A stretch of 38,021 bases of DNA from Candidatus Woesearchaeota archaeon (GCA_018221175.1 JAAOYE010000018.1:1-38021); one strand, 5' to 3'; positions 15,266-25,204 are shown, numbered from the stretch's first letter. Notes: generated from the letters alone by a model not told the origin. A program made the numbers and translations.

Positions 15266-16045
15266 ATGAAGCTCAAAAAGAAAGGACTACCAGGAGAAGG
15301 AGAACTGGTTATATGCACAGTCACAAAAATACACTACAACTCTGTATTTGCAAATATTGACGAGTATGAGAGAAAACAAGGCATGATACACATCTCAGAA
15401 ATCAGTCCTGGAAGAATCAGAAATATCAGGGACTTTATCAGAGAAGGAAAAGTCATAGTGTGTAAAGTTCTTCGCGTAGATACAGTAAAAGGGCACATAG
15501 ACCTCTCTCTTCGAAGAGTTACAGAATCTCAAAGAAGGGGAAAAGCAGATTCTATGAAACAAGAGCAGCTATCTGAGAAAATAGTAGAATTTGTTGCAAA
15601 AGCACTAAAAACAGACAATAAAACTTTGTTTGACAATGTCTTTAAAGCAATAGAAAATGAATACGACTCAGTCTACCTGGCTTTCATAGATGTTGTAGAG
15701 GGGGTCCTTTCTATTAATGAACTGGGTCTTGACAAAAAAACATCTCAAAAACTTGAAGAAGTAATAAGACAAAGAATCAAGCCAAAAGAAGTAGAAATCA
15801 AAGGAGACCTAACACTTGAAAGCTTTGCACCTGACGGTGTAGAAATAGTAAAAAAAGCATTGATAAATGCTGAGAAATCAAGCGATAAAGTTACAATATC
15901 ATATGAAGGTGGCGGAAAATACAGGATAACTGTCAATGCAAAAGAATACAAAGAGGCAGAAGAGATACTAAAAAACACATATACACAGGCAATTAGCGAT
16001 GTTGAAAAAACAGATGGCAAAGGAGAGTTTGTAAGAGTTGAATAG
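15266..16045 (+). CDS. eif2a: translation initiation factor 2 alpha subunit (aIF2-alpha)
   Basis: LPGEGELVICTVTKIHYNSVFANIDEYERKQGMIHISEISPGRIRNIRDFIREGKVIVCKVLRVD is the S1 domain, followed by helical and alpha-beta domains. The position after S27e is the conserved archaeal one. Confidence 0.9.
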   Translation: MKLKKKGLPGEGELVICTVTKIHYNSVFANIDEYERKQGMIHISEISPGRIRNIRDFIREGKVIVCKVLRVDTVKGHIDLSLRRVTESQRRGKADSMKQEQLSEKIVEFVAKALKTDNKTLFDNVFKAIENEYDSVYLAFIDVVEGVLSINELGLDKKTSQKLEEVIRQRIKPKEVEIKGDLTLESFAPDGVEIVKKALINAEKSSDKVTISYEGGGKYRITVNAKEYKEAEEILKNTYTQAISDVEKTDGKGEFVRVE

Positions 16046-16046
16046 G

Positions 16047-16220
16047 ATGCTTCACATTCTCAAATGCCCAAAATGCAAAAACTACACATTGCATGAAAAA
16101 TGCAAATGCAATGGAAAAGCTCTCACTGTAAAACCAGCAAAATACTCTCCAGTTGACAACTACGGAAAATACAGAAGAGTTGCCAGAAAAAAAGAGTTAA
16201 AACAAAAAGGAATGCTGTAA
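16047..16220 (+). CDS. nop10: H/ACA RNP protein Nop10
   Basis: MLHILKCPKCKNYTLHEKCKCNGKALTVKPAKYSPVDNYGKYRRVARK shows the zinc ribbon plus the P-x-K-(F/Y)-S-P-x-D-x-Y-x-x-Y-R motif. The ATG at 16047 lies 1 nt after the aIF2-alpha stop; the track TTG at 16038 is an alternative. Confidence 0.85.
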   Translation: MLHILKCPKCKNYTLHEKCKCNGKALTVKPAKYSPVDNYGKYRRVARKKELKQKGML

Positions 16221-16222
16221 AA

Positions 16223-16996
16223 ATGAGAAAAGCAAAATGGAACTTTGAAATATTTAAAAAAACAGCTTTAAAAAATCCTGTGCTTATTGAAGGCCTTCCA
16301 GGAATTGGAAATGTTGGAAAAATAGCAGTTGATTTTATTATCGACGAGCTAAAAGCAGAAAAGCTTTATGAGATTTCAGGCTATTCAATGCCAAACAGCG
16401 TCTTTGTAAACGAAAAAAACCTTGTTGAGCTGCCAAAAATTGAAATGTTTTACAAAAAAATGAGAAAAGGCAGAGATTTGATGCTATTAACCGGCGATGT
16501 CCAGCCAATTGATGAAGAGTCAACATACGAATTTTGTGAAGATGTAATAGACTCTGCAAAAAAATATGGCGTGTCTGAAATAATCACTCTTGGAGGCATC
16601 GGTCTTGGAGATGTCCCAAAAAAAGCAAGAGTATTTTGCACAGGAAACTCTATAAAACTTATTGAGTCATACAAAAAAGATACAAATGTAAATACAAATC
16701 TGCATGGGATAGTTGGACCGATAGTTGGCGTCTCAGGTCTTTTGCTTGGACTCTCACAAAAGAAAAATATTGAAGCAGTAAGTCTTCTAACAGAAACATA
16801 CGGGCATCCAATGTATCTGGGAGTAAAAGCTGCAAAAGAAACATTGAGTATTCTTAACAGCAAACTTGGCCTCGGAATCGATACAAAAAAGCTGGACAAA
16901 GAAATAACCCGGCTTGAAAAAGACATGAAAAAATCTGAAGAAACATCATTTCAAACAAGAGAGGACAAAGCAGGGGAAGTCCATTATATCGGGTAA
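16223..16996 (+). CDS. PAC2-family proteasome assembly chaperone-like protein
   Basis: VLIEGLPGIGNVGKIAVDFIIDEL near the N-terminus. The size (257 aa) and the position after Nop10 fit the conserved archaeal neighbourhood. Confidence 0.75.
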   Translation: MRKAKWNFEIFKKTALKNPVLIEGLPGIGNVGKIAVDFIIDELKAEKLYEISGYSMPNSVFVNEKNLVELPKIEMFYKKMRKGRDLMLLTGDVQPIDEESTYEFCEDVIDSAKKYGVSEIITLGGIGLGDVPKKARVFCTGNSIKLIESYKKDTNVNTNLHGIVGPIVGVSGLLLGLSQKKNIEAVSLLTETYGHPMYLGVKAAKETLSILNSKLGLGIDTKKLDKEITRLEKDMKKSEETSFQTREDKAGEVHYIG

Positions 16997-18184
16997 TTAC
17001 TTTTTCTTTCTTAGATTAAAGCTGACTTTTTTTGCATATTCAACTTCTGGCTGATCAAACGGGTTTACATCTCTAAGAAGAGAAGCATACACTCCAATAT
17101 AATGCCATAAAGCGACAAACTGCCCCAATTCAAACTCATCAACTTTCTCAAGCATTAAATCCACAGCAGGAATCTTGTTTTTTTTCACATGCTCAAGCAC
17201 TCCAAGAGATTCAAATAATAACGCGTCAGCATATGAATTTCCCAAAACATCTGCAAGCATGCCGTCTCTGACCACAATTTTTCTTAGCTTTCTTGGAACC
17301 TTTATCTTTTTGTCAAATCTTTCAGTATCTTTCTCGGTCCTAATAAAAAAACCGCAAACGTTTTTCCTGCCTCCAAAAAACCGCTGGTTGGTGTGGTGCT
17401 GGGCCTCAGGCGCAGATGCTGCATAAAATGTTTGCCCTTTGCCTTCTTTTGAGCTTGACTCATGCATAAGCTGGATAATCAGGTTTGCAAAAGAATCAAG
17501 TTTCTTAGAGTATATAGGGATAAAAACTTCGTGTTTCCCACTGATATCTGCAAGGTAAAGGTGAGATGCGATGAGGAGTGCAGGATTATCTTCTATAGTT
17601 ATTTGCGGAGCACATTTCTTATAAGTATCTTTAGCGCCTGCAAAAATTTTGTCAATATCAAATCCCAAAAGAAATGCCGGGACAAGCGTGCTTGAAGTAA
17701 AAGCAGAGAATCTTCCGCCGACATTAGGGTGCTCTATAAATGGCAGATTAAGCTTTTTGGAAATCTCCAGCAGCGCACCTTCCTCTGGATTTGTGATGAC
17801 TAGACGTTCATAATCTAAAAAACCAAACATTATCTCCAATATATCAATGCTGTTTCCTGATTTTGAAACAACAATCACAAGAGTTTCCTTTTTTGGGCAC
17901 AATTTCCTTACCTCTTCTATATAGTCAGGCTGCGGCGTGTCAATAATAAAAAGCTCTTTGCCTTTTTTAAGAGCGTCATAAAACCCTTGAGTTGAAGTTA
18001 TCGAGCCGCCATGCCCAATCACAATGAATTTTTTATATTTTCTAAACGGCTTAAGGTAACTCTTGAAGAATTTTATTGCAGGGTCATATCTTGCAAAAAT
18101 GGGGTCCTCTGACTTTGATATCTTCTTTAGTTTTGCCTCGATAGAATCAAATTCTGGCTTGAAGTTATGGAAGGTTATCTTCAT
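16997..18184 (-). CDS. pgi: glucose-6-phosphate isomerase (short SIS-type PGI)
   Basis: 395 aa with VIGHGGS, VVSKSGNSIDILE and the PGI signature NVGGRFSAFTSS, followed by HHTNQRFFGG. Confidence 0.85.
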   Translation of the reverse strand: MKITFHNFKPEFDSIEAKLKKISKSEDPIFARYDPAIKFFKSYLKPFRKYKKFIVIGHGGSITSTQGFYDALKKGKELFIIDTPQPDYIEEVRKLCPKKETLVIVVSKSGNSIDILEIMFGFLDYERLVITNPEEGALLEISKKLNLPFIEHPNVGGRFSAFTSSTLVPAFLLGFDIDKIFAGAKDTYKKCAPQITIEDNPALLIASHLYLADISGKHEVFIPIYSKKLDSFANLIIQLMHESSSKEGKGQTFYAASAPEAQHHTNQRFFGGRKNVCGFFIRTEKDTERFDKKIKVPRKLRKIVVRDGMLADVLGNSYADALLFESLGVLEHVKKNKIPAVDLMLEKVDEFELGQFVALWHYIGVYASLLRDVNPFDQPEVEYAKKVSFNLRKKK

Positions 18185-18208
18185 AATAATTTATTATTTC
18201 TTTGTTTT

Positions 18209-18216
18209 TTTATAAA
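18209..18216 (-). promoter_or_regulatory. TATA box (TTTATAAA) for pgi
   Basis: It lies 24 nt from the pgi ATG at 18184 and is palindromic. Confidence 0.35.
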
Positions 18217-18236
18217 TATTGCTAAAATTAGAAAAC

Positions 18237-18244
18237 TTTATATT
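18237..18244 (+). promoter_or_regulatory. TATA box (TTTATATT) for eno-gpmI
   Basis: It lies 23 nt upstream of the eno ATG at 18268. No SD is seen between them. Confidence 0.35.
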
Positions 18245-18267
18245 CACATGCTTCTCGATAAATAGTC

Positions 18268-19527
18268 ATGAGTAAAATAAAAAAGGTGATGGCAAGAGAA
18301 GTGCTGGATTCTAGAGGGAACCCGACAATCGAAGTGGATGTAATATGCCCAAATTCATGGGGAAGAGCAATAGTGCCAAGCGGTGCGTCAACAGGGGAGC
18401 ATGAAGCGCTTGAACTCAGAGACGGCAAAAAAGATAGGTTTTTTGGCAAAGGGGTGAAAAAAGCAATATTTAACGTAAACACGAAAATCAACAGAAAACT
18501 AAGAAACCTTGATGTTAAAGAACAAAGACTTATAGACCAAACATTAATCGACCTTGACGGCACACCAAACAAAAGAAAACTAGGGGCAAACGCGGTTTTG
18601 GGAGTTTCTATGGCAGCAGCGAGAGCAGGAGCTATGGGTGCTGACAAGAATTTATATGAGTATCTAAATGGGTTTAATGGAAACAAGAAAGTCTTGCCAA
18701 TACCGTTTGCAAACATAATCAACGGCGGAGTCCACGCGGGAAACAAGCTTGTTTTTCAGGAGTTCATGATAGCCCCGGTTAAGGCAAAAAGCTTTTTTGA
18801 CGCAACAAGAATGGTTAGTGAAACATACCACGCATTAAAGTCGATAATCTCAAAAAAATACGGGAAAACCGCAGTAAATGTCGGCGATGAGGGGGGATTT
18901 GCACCGCCAATTGAAACAGCAGAAGAAGCGCTGGATTTGATTGATACAGCTATTAGCAAGGCAGGATACAATAAAAAAGTAAGAATTGCAATAGACGCTG
19001 CAGCATCTGAGTTTTTTAGGCTTGACAAATACGTAATTGAGCCAGGCAAATATGTAAACAGGGAGGAGCTTGTTGAGATATACAAAGATTTGATAAGAAA
19101 ATACAAGGTAATTTCCATTGAAGACCCTTTTGACCAGGATGATTTTGACCCTTGGGAAGAACTAACTCTAAAATCCAAAATACAAATAGTTGGCGATGAC
19201 CTTTTAGCAACAAACCCCGAGAGAATAAAGATGGCTTATGCAAGAACTCTTTGCAATGCGCTTCTTTTAAAAGTCAATCAGATAGGCACATTAACGCAGG
19301 CAATGGACGCTGCAAGACTAGCAAAGAACCATAAATGGGGTGTGATGGTAAGCCATAGGAGCGGGGAGTCAGAAGACCCTTTTATCGCAGACTTAGCAGT
19401 CGCGCTTGGCAATGGACAGATAAAATTAGGTGCGCCGGCTCGCGGGGAGAGAACATCCAAATATAATCAATTGATTAGGATTGAAGAGGAACTAGGAAAA
19501 AAAGCAAAATATGCAAAATGGGAGTGA
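18268..19527 (+). CDS. eno: enolase
   Basis: REVLDSRGNPTIEVDV, NIINGGVHAGN, DDLLATNP, LLLKVNQIGTLT and SHRSGESED motifs are present. Confidence 0.97.
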   Translation: MSKIKKVMAREVLDSRGNPTIEVDVICPNSWGRAIVPSGASTGEHEALELRDGKKDRFFGKGVKKAIFNVNTKINRKLRNLDVKEQRLIDQTLIDLDGTPNKRKLGANAVLGVSMAAARAGAMGADKNLYEYLNGFNGNKKVLPIPFANIINGGVHAGNKLVFQEFMIAPVKAKSFFDATRMVSETYHALKSIISKKYGKTAVNVGDEGGFAPPIETAEEALDLIDTAISKAGYNKKVRIAIDAAASEFFRLDKYVIEPGKYVNREELVEIYKDLIRKYKVISIEDPFDQDDFDPWEELTLKSKIQIVGDDLLATNPERIKMAYARTLCNALLLKVNQIGTLTQAMDAARLAKNHKWGVMVSHRSGESEDPFIADLAVALGNGQIKLGAPARGERTSKYNQLIRIEEELGKKAKYAKWE

Positions 19528-21026
19528 AAAAAAGGGTTGCGCTCATAATTCTAGATGGGATGGGCTTTAAAAAAAGCAGTGCTGGAAACGCTGTTTTAAA
19601 GGCAAAGATGCCGTTTTACAGGGAGCTTTTAAAGAAGTATCCACACACACTCTTAGACACATCTGGAGAGGCAGTAGGGCTTCCAAAAGGAACTATAGGC
19701 AACTCAGAGGTCGGGCATTTGACGCTTGGTTCTGGCAGAGTGATAGAGCAGGATCTTGTTAGAATCAATAATTCAATTAAGGATACGAGTTTTTTTAAAA
19801 ATGAAACTTTGATTAGGGCAACATTACATGTTAAAAGACACTCGAGCGCGCTTCATTTGATGGGGTTGTTGTCAGATGGAGGTGTCCATTCCCACATAGG
19901 ACACCTGATTGCGCTTTTGGAATTTGCAAAAAAGCAAGGCATCAAAAGAGTATATGTGCATGCATTTTTGGACGGCAGAGATGTTCCTCCAAAGTCAGCT
20001 GGTAAATACATTAAGATTATTCAGGACAAGATGGATGATATTGGTGTTGGAGAGCTTGCCACAATGATTGGCAGGTATTATGCAATGGACAGAGACAATA
20101 GGTGGAGCAGGGAGAAGAAGGGGTACAACTGTGTTGTGAACGGTATTGGCAAGAAATATAACGACGCGTTTGAAGCACTCCATGACAACTACACTAAAGG
20201 AATCACTGACGAGTTTTTAGAGCCAACAATACTTCACACTGATAGTATCATTGAACCAAATGATTCTGTAATATTTTTTAACTTTAGAAGTGACAGGGCA
20301 CGTCAGCTGTCACGGGCGTTTGTCGAGGGGCGCTTTGACAAATTTAAAAGGCCAAAACTTCACAAAGTTCATTTTTATACACTTACAAGATACTCTAGGA
20401 GTATTAGGCGTCCAGTTGCTTTTCCTCCTGGTGATATAAAAAACACTCTTGGAGAGGTTTTGGCAAAAAATAAGTTAAAGCAGTTTCGCTTGGCAGAGAC
20501 AGAAAAATATGCCCATGTAACATACTTTTTTAACGGAGGCAAGAGCAAGCCAAATAGAAGAGAAAAAAGAAAATTAATTAACAGCCCAAAAGTTGCAACT
20601 TATAATCTAAAGCCGGAGATGTCGCTTTCCATTGTAGAAAAATATTTTTTAAAGGCAATAGGAAAAGCAGATGTTTTCATTGTAAACTTTGCAAATCCAG
20701 ACATGGTAGGGCATACTGGCATGATGGAGCCTACTGTGAGCGCTCTTCAAAGAGTTGATGAAGCGCTTTCTAAGGTTGTTCCAAAACTGCTTAAGAAAAA
20801 TTATGATGTTTTGCTGACAGCAGACCATGGCAACGCAGAAGAATTAACTGGAGAGCACCAGACAAGCCACACCAACAACCCTGTGAGATTAATCTTTATT
20901 TCTGATGATGTGAAGAAATTAAGAAAGGGAAAAGCGGGTTTATCAGACGTTTCTCCCACAATCCTCGACATTCTATGTCTTCCAAAGCCAAAAGAGATGA
21001 CAGGGGATAGTTTGATTAATAGTTAG
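19518..21026 (+). CDS. gpmI: 2,3-bisphosphoglycerate-independent phosphoglycerate mutase, bacterial/plant GpmI type
   Basis: 502 aa with LIILDGMGF, GNSEVGHLTLGSGRV, GGVHSH, NFANPDMVGHTG and LTADHGNAE. It overlaps the end of eno by 10 nt. Confidence 0.93.
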   Translation: MGVKKRVALIILDGMGFKKSSAGNAVLKAKMPFYRELLKKYPHTLLDTSGEAVGLPKGTIGNSEVGHLTLGSGRVIEQDLVRINNSIKDTSFFKNETLIRATLHVKRHSSALHLMGLLSDGGVHSHIGHLIALLEFAKKQGIKRVYVHAFLDGRDVPPKSAGKYIKIIQDKMDDIGVGELATMIGRYYAMDRDNRWSREKKGYNCVVNGIGKKYNDAFEALHDNYTKGITDEFLEPTILHTDSIIEPNDSVIFFNFRSDRARQLSRAFVEGRFDKFKRPKLHKVHFYTLTRYSRSIRRPVAFPPGDIKNTLGEVLAKNKLKQFRLAETEKYAHVTYFFNGGKSKPNRREKRKLINSPKVATYNLKPEMSLSIVEKYFLKAIGKADVFIVNFANPDMVGHTGMMEPTVSALQRVDEALSKVVPKLLKKNYDVLLTADHGNAEELTGEHQTSHTNNPVRLIFISDDVKKLRKGKAGLSDVSPTILDILCLPKPKEMTGDSLINS

Positions 21027-21057
21027 ATTTATAATTCTGGCCAAGATTCTTCATTAA

Positions 21058-21717
21058 ATGAAACTTTCACAAATAAAGTCAAAGCTGCATCCAAAACTTT
21101 ATGAGTCGTTAAAGAGTGAAATAAAAGAGCTTCGGCCTTCCCAGGAAAAGTCGATAAAAGCAGGACTTCTTGACGAGAACAATCTTTTAGTATGCACGCC
21201 GACTGCAAGCGGCAAGACGCTTATTGCAGAAATGGCAATGCTAAATGCAATATATAATGAAAAGGGCAAAGCAGTCTATATTGTGCCATTAAAAGCACTT
21301 GCAAGCGAAAAGTATAAAGATTTTAAAAGCAGATACAAGAATGTTAAAGTCGCAATCTCTATTGGAGACACAGATTCTGCAGATAAGTATCTGGAAAAAT
21401 ATGATTTGGTTATTACCACCTCTGAAAAGCTAGATTCGCTAATAAGACACCATACGCCTTGGCTAAAGTATGTGAAAGTCGTGGTCGTGGACGAAATCCA
21501 CTTGTTAAACGACCCAAGCAGAGGACCAACTTTAGAGATTCTTATCACAATTCTTAGAAAGATTTTGCCAAAGATACACTTAATCGCACTTTCTGCTACT
21601 ATTGGCAACCCAAAAGAGCTCTCAGAGTGGCTGGACGCAAAGCTTGTAGAGGACTCTTGGCGACCGGTGGAGCTAAAAAAAGGAGTATATCTTGACGGTG
21701 AGATAGAGTTTAATTAG
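21058..21717 (+). CDS. Hel308/Ski2-like helicase, N-terminal RecA1 domain only (truncated or split)
   Basis: 219 aa with LRPSQEKSI (Q-like motif), TPTASGKT (motif I), [10 protein letters not shown] (Ia), VDEIH (II) and LSATIGN (III). A stop follows [19 protein letters not shown], where the RecA2 domain should begin. Confidence 0.8.
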   Translation: MKLSQIKSKLHPKLYESLKSEIKELRPSQEKSIKAGLLDENNLLVCTPTASGKTLIAEMAMLNAIYNEKGKAVYIVPLKALASEKYKDFKSRYKNVKVAISIGDTDSADKYLEKYDLVITTSEKLDSLIRHHTPWLKYVKVVVVDEIHLLNDPSRGPTLEILITILRKILPKIHLIALSATIGNPKELSEWLDAKLVEDSWRPVELKKGVYLDGEIEFN

Positions 21718-22576
21718 AGTTTCTGTCTTTTTTATAATGCTCAGGTTTTTTTGGGTAGACAGTTGTATCATCAGGGATATCCATATCAACCCATGAATTA
21801 GCACCAATATTTACTCGGTTTCCAATTCTTACTGGGCCAAGGATTTTTGCTCCTGCGCCAATAACGCAATTGTTGCCAATGGTTGGGTGGCGCTTGTAGC
21901 TTTTTTTTAAGATACTACCTTCTCCTTTTTCAAAATGCAATACACCCAGCGTTACCTGCTGATAAATCCTCGCCCAATCTCCAATCACTGAAGTTTCGCC
22001 GACAACAACGCCTGTACCGTGGTCAATAAAGAAATATTCGCCGATCTTTGCGCCTGGATGAACATCTATTCCTGTAACTGAGTGAATGTGTTCTTGAAGC
22101 TCTCTAGCGTAGCTTTTTGCCTTGTTTTTGTAGAGCTCGTGAATGAATCTATGCGCTAAGATGCCAAGAAACCCAGGATATGCTCTGATAATTTGGGTGT
22201 AGTCGCCTGCAGCAGGGTCGCCTGCAAAAGCAGCATCAACATCTTTTTTTAGGACTTCTCTTATTTCTGGCAGCGAATTTAAAACACTATCAACAATTCT
22301 CTTAGCTTCTGTCTCTCTATGAAGATGGGCAATAAGCCCTTTGAACAAAATTTTCCCAAGCCTGGTTACTTTATCCTCTAATTCATCAATGTGTTCTGTT
22401 GTTTCATTTGAGTTCCAGTATTTGGGGAAAAACAGCTCTTTTAGAAGCTTGATTTCTTTAAAACCTTCTTTTCTCTTGGGAAATTTTAGCCTCGCTTTTT
22501 CTAAAAATGGCTTTTTATCCTTAGAGTAAGATTCAAATAATTCTTTTGCTGCCGTGCCTTTATATTCATACGCCAT
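21710..22576 (-). CDS. cysE: serine O-acetyltransferase
   Basis: Hexapeptide left-handed beta-helix region [43 protein letters not shown]...[31 protein letters not shown], plus a SATase-type helical N-domain ([11 protein letters not shown]). Confidence 0.88.
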   Translation of the reverse strand: MAYEYKGTAAKELFESYSKDKKPFLEKARLKFPKRKEGFKEIKLLKELFFPKYWNSNETTEHIDELEDKVTRLGKILFKGLIAHLHRETEAKRIVDSVLNSLPEIREVLKKDVDAAFAGDPAAGDYTQIIRAYPGFLGILAHRFIHELYKNKAKSYARELQEHIHSVTGIDVHPGAKIGEYFFIDHGTGVVVGETSVIGDWARIYQQVTLGVLHFEKGEGSILKKSYKRHPTIGNNCVIGAGAKILGPVRIGNRVNIGANSWVDMDIPDDTTVYPKKPEHYKKDRNSN

Positions 22577-22636
22577 CTATATTGCAAATAACAACTTCTT
22601 TTTATAATTAATCTAAATTAAAAGATTTCAAAACAC

Positions 22637-22644
22637 TTATAAAT
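22637..22644 (+). promoter_or_regulatory. TATA box (TTATAAAT) for proS
   Basis: It lies 22 nt upstream of the ATG at 22667, which supports that ATG over the track GTG at 22652. Confidence 0.35.
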
Positions 22645-22666
22645 AAGGTCGGTGTTAATAAGTTTC

Positions 22667-24121
22667 ATGTCAAAGAAAAAAGAGTCAGAACTCGGACTGA
22701 CAGCAACTAAAGACAAAGATTTCTCGCAGTGGTATACTCAAGTCATACAAAAAGCAGAACTTATCGAGTATACAGATGTATCTGGCTGCATCATATTTAG
22801 GCCTTATTCGTATGCTATCTGGGAAAAGATTCAAGCATACATGGACAAACTGATAAAAGTAAGAGGCATAAAAAATGCGTATTTCCCCTTATTCATTCCT
22901 GAAAAGCTGCTTTGTAAAGAAGCAGACCATGTGCAAGGATTCATACCAGAAGTAGCATGGGTGACTCACGCAGGGAAAACAAAGCTAAAAGAGAGACTTG
23001 CTGTAAGGCCTACATCTGAGACAATAATGTATGATGCCTACAAAAAGTGGATTAGAAGCCACAGAGATTTGCCATTAAAGATTAACCAATGGAACAATGT
23101 TGTAAGATGGGAGTTTAAGCACCCGGTTCCTTTTTTAAGGACAAGGGAATTCTTATGGCAGGAAGGACACACAGCGTTTGCCACAAAACAAGAAGCAGAC
23201 ACAGAAGCAATGGACATTTTAAAGGATGTTTACAGCAAAACATTAGTGGATCTTCTTGCAATACCGTCTATTCTTGGGAAAAAAAGTGAAAAAGAAAAGT
23301 TTGCAGGAGCTGATTATTCACTTTCTTGTGAAACATATCTTGCAAATAATAAAGCAATCCAAGCATGCACAAGCCACCACCTCGGGCAAAACTTCTCAAA
23401 AGCCTTTGACATAAGCTTTCTTGATGAAAATGAGAAAAAACAATATGTGTGGCAAAACAGCTGGGGGTTCACAACAAGGTCTATTGGCATAGCTATAATG
23501 ATGCATTCCGACGATAAAGGGCTTGTTTTACCGCCAAAGATTGCGCCAACACAAGCAGTGGTCGTGCCTATCTTATTTGAAAAGACAAAGGATAAGCTTT
23601 TAAAAGAATCTAAGAAAATTGTAGATGAGTTAAAAGGAGTTTCTGTTCACCTGGATGACAGAGAAGAGTACACACCTGGCTTTAAATACAATGAATGGGA
23701 ACTAAAAGGAGTTCCAGTAAGGATTGAGTTTGGTCCAAAAGACATGGAAAAAAAACACACAGTAGTTGTACGCCGGGACACTGGCAAAAAAGAATTTGTA
23801 AAGCTAAAAGATCTTTCTAAATATGTGAATAAAACACTTGATGACATTCAAGATTCGCTTTACAAAAAAGCTGAGAAATTCTTAAACGACAGCAAAGACA
23901 AAGCAAACAACTGGAACGACTTCTTAAAAAAAGTAAAGCAGGGAAAACTCACACTCGCGCCATTTTGCAACACTCTTCAATGCGAAGACCACATCAAAGA
24001 CAAGACTGGCGGCACAAAATCAATAAACATCCCTTTTGATTCTAAAGTCAAAAAAGGCGAAAAGTGCATCCAGTGCAAAAAAGACGCCACAGACCAGGCT
24101 TATTTTGCCAAAAGCTACTAA
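22667..24121 (+). CDS. proS: prolyl-tRNA synthetase, archaeal/eukaryal type
   Basis: FSQWYTQVIQKAELIEYTDVSGCIIFRPYSYAIWEKIQ, RPTSETIMY, FLRTREFLWQEGHTA and a C-terminal zinc-binding-like domain ending in ...AKSY. Confidence 0.93.
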   Translation: MSKKKESELGLTATKDKDFSQWYTQVIQKAELIEYTDVSGCIIFRPYSYAIWEKIQAYMDKLIKVRGIKNAYFPLFIPEKLLCKEADHVQGFIPEVAWVTHAGKTKLKERLAVRPTSETIMYDAYKKWIRSHRDLPLKINQWNNVVRWEFKHPVPFLRTREFLWQEGHTAFATKQEADTEAMDILKDVYSKTLVDLLAIPSILGKKSEKEKFAGADYSLSCETYLANNKAIQACTSHHLGQNFSKAFDISFLDENEKKQYVWQNSWGFTTRSIGIAIMMHSDDKGLVLPPKIAPTQAVVVPILFEKTKDKLLKESKKIVDELKGVSVHLDDREEYTPGFKYNEWELKGVPVRIEFGPKDMEKKHTVVVRRDTGKKEFVKLKDLSKYVNKTLDDIQDSLYKKAEKFLNDSKDKANNWNDFLKKVKQGKLTLAPFCNTLQCEDHIKDKTGGTKSINIPFDSKVKKGEKCIQCKKDATDQAYFAKSY

Positions 24122-24154
24122 AAATATAAAAACCAATTCTTGTTCTTGATAGTT

Positions 24155-25204
24155 ATGATAACACTTGACGGTTCTCACGGTGAAGGAGGTGGGCAGATTC
24201 TGCGTACAGCACTTGCGCTTTCTATGATAACACAAAAATCTTTCAAAATAGAAAAAATCCGTGCAAACAGGCCAAAGCCAGGGCTAAAAGCCCAGCACAT
24301 GACTGGAATAAAAACACTGCAGGAGCTTTCAGGATGCGTTGCAAAAGGCGCGGAAATCGGCTCAGAAACGCTAGAGTTTATTCCAAAACCTATCAATAAG
24401 TTTAGGGCAAACATAGATGTTGGCACCGCAGGAGCGATAACCCTTGTTTTGCAATCAATACTTTTGCCGTTAATGACAGCAGAAAAAGAATCCAGGATAA
24501 AAATCACAGGCGGTACAGACGTTTTGTGGAGCCCGCCAATAGACTATTTTCTAAATGTAATGATGCCCCATCTTCAAGAATATGCAGATGTTAAGATAAA
24601 GCTTGAAAAAAGAGGTCACTTTCCCAAAGGTGGCGGCAAAATAGACTTGGCAGTAAGACCAAAAGAAAACAAGGATAAACTTAACCTAACTAAAAGAGAA
24701 GAGTTGATTCAGATAAAAGGGATATCCCACTCTACAAAAGAATTGATGGACGCGCAGGTTGCAGAAAGGCAGGCAAGAGCAGCAAAATTTTTCCTAAATA
24801 AACTCGATGTTCCTGTCACAATAAACAAACAATATGCTGATTCAGATTCTACAGGGAGTGGAATAACCCTGTGGGCGCTATATGGTGTGGATGGAGAGGT
24901 CTCAACCGATAACCCTGTGATTCTTGGAGGAGATGCTTTTGGACAAAGAGGAAAAAAAGCAGAAGTAGTTGGCGAAGAAGCAGCAAAAACGATTTATGAT
25001 GAGATAATGTCTCATGCAGCAGTTGACTCGCATCTATGCGACAATTTAATACCATTTCTTGGGCTTTTTGGCGGAGAAATAAAAACAAGCAAAATAACGC
25101 AGCACACAAAATCAAATATTTATGTAACAGAAAAGTTTTGGGATGTAAAATTTGAGGTAAATGAAGAAAAAAAGATTATATTGTGTATGAATCGGTATTA
25201 TTGA
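24155..25204 (+). CDS. rtcA: RNA 3'-terminal phosphate cyclase
   Basis: LDGSHGEGGGQILRTALALSMITQKSFKIEKIRANRPKPGLKAQH contains the RtcA signature with the catalytic His region. The ATG at 24155 is preferred over the TTG at 24140. Confidence 0.9.
   Translation: MITLDGSHGEGGGQILRTALALSMITQKSFKIEKIRANRPKPGLKAQHMTGIKTLQELSGCVAKGAEIGSETLEFIPKPINKFRANIDVGTAGAITLVLQSILLPLMTAEKESRIKITGGTDVLWSPPIDYFLNVMMPHLQEYADVKIKLEKRGHFPKGGGKIDLAVRPKENKDKLNLTKREELIQIKGISHSTKELMDAQVAERQARAAKFFLNKLDVPVTINKQYADSDSTGSGITLWALYGVDGEVSTDNPVILGGDAFGQRGKKAEVVGEEAAKTIYDEIMSHAAVDSHLCDNLIPFLGLFGGEIKTSKITQHTKSNIYVTEKFWDVKFEVNEEKKIILCMNRYY

Noticed and set aside
14689-16085. A recurring, nearly identical nucleotide string TGCCCAAAATGCAA in L44e (about 14690), S27e (about 15125) and Nop10 (about 16066), which at first looked like a dispersed repeat.
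   Set aside because: Each copy encodes the CPKCK zinc-knuckle of a different small zinc-ribbon protein. Identical codon choice in an AT-biased genome explains the identity, and flanking sequence is unrelated.
16223-16996. A C-terminal HbYX proteasome-docking motif on the PAC2-family protein (it ends ...VHYIG).
   Set aside because: The Tyr is at position -3, not at the penultimate position the HbYX definition requires, so the motif is not met.
24155-25204. rtcA as part of an RtcBA RNA-repair operon.
   Set aside because: No RtcB ligase or regulator lies adjacent. The gene follows proS and is overlapped at its end by a small antisense-oriented ORF, so nothing in the window supports a repair system beyond the single enzyme.
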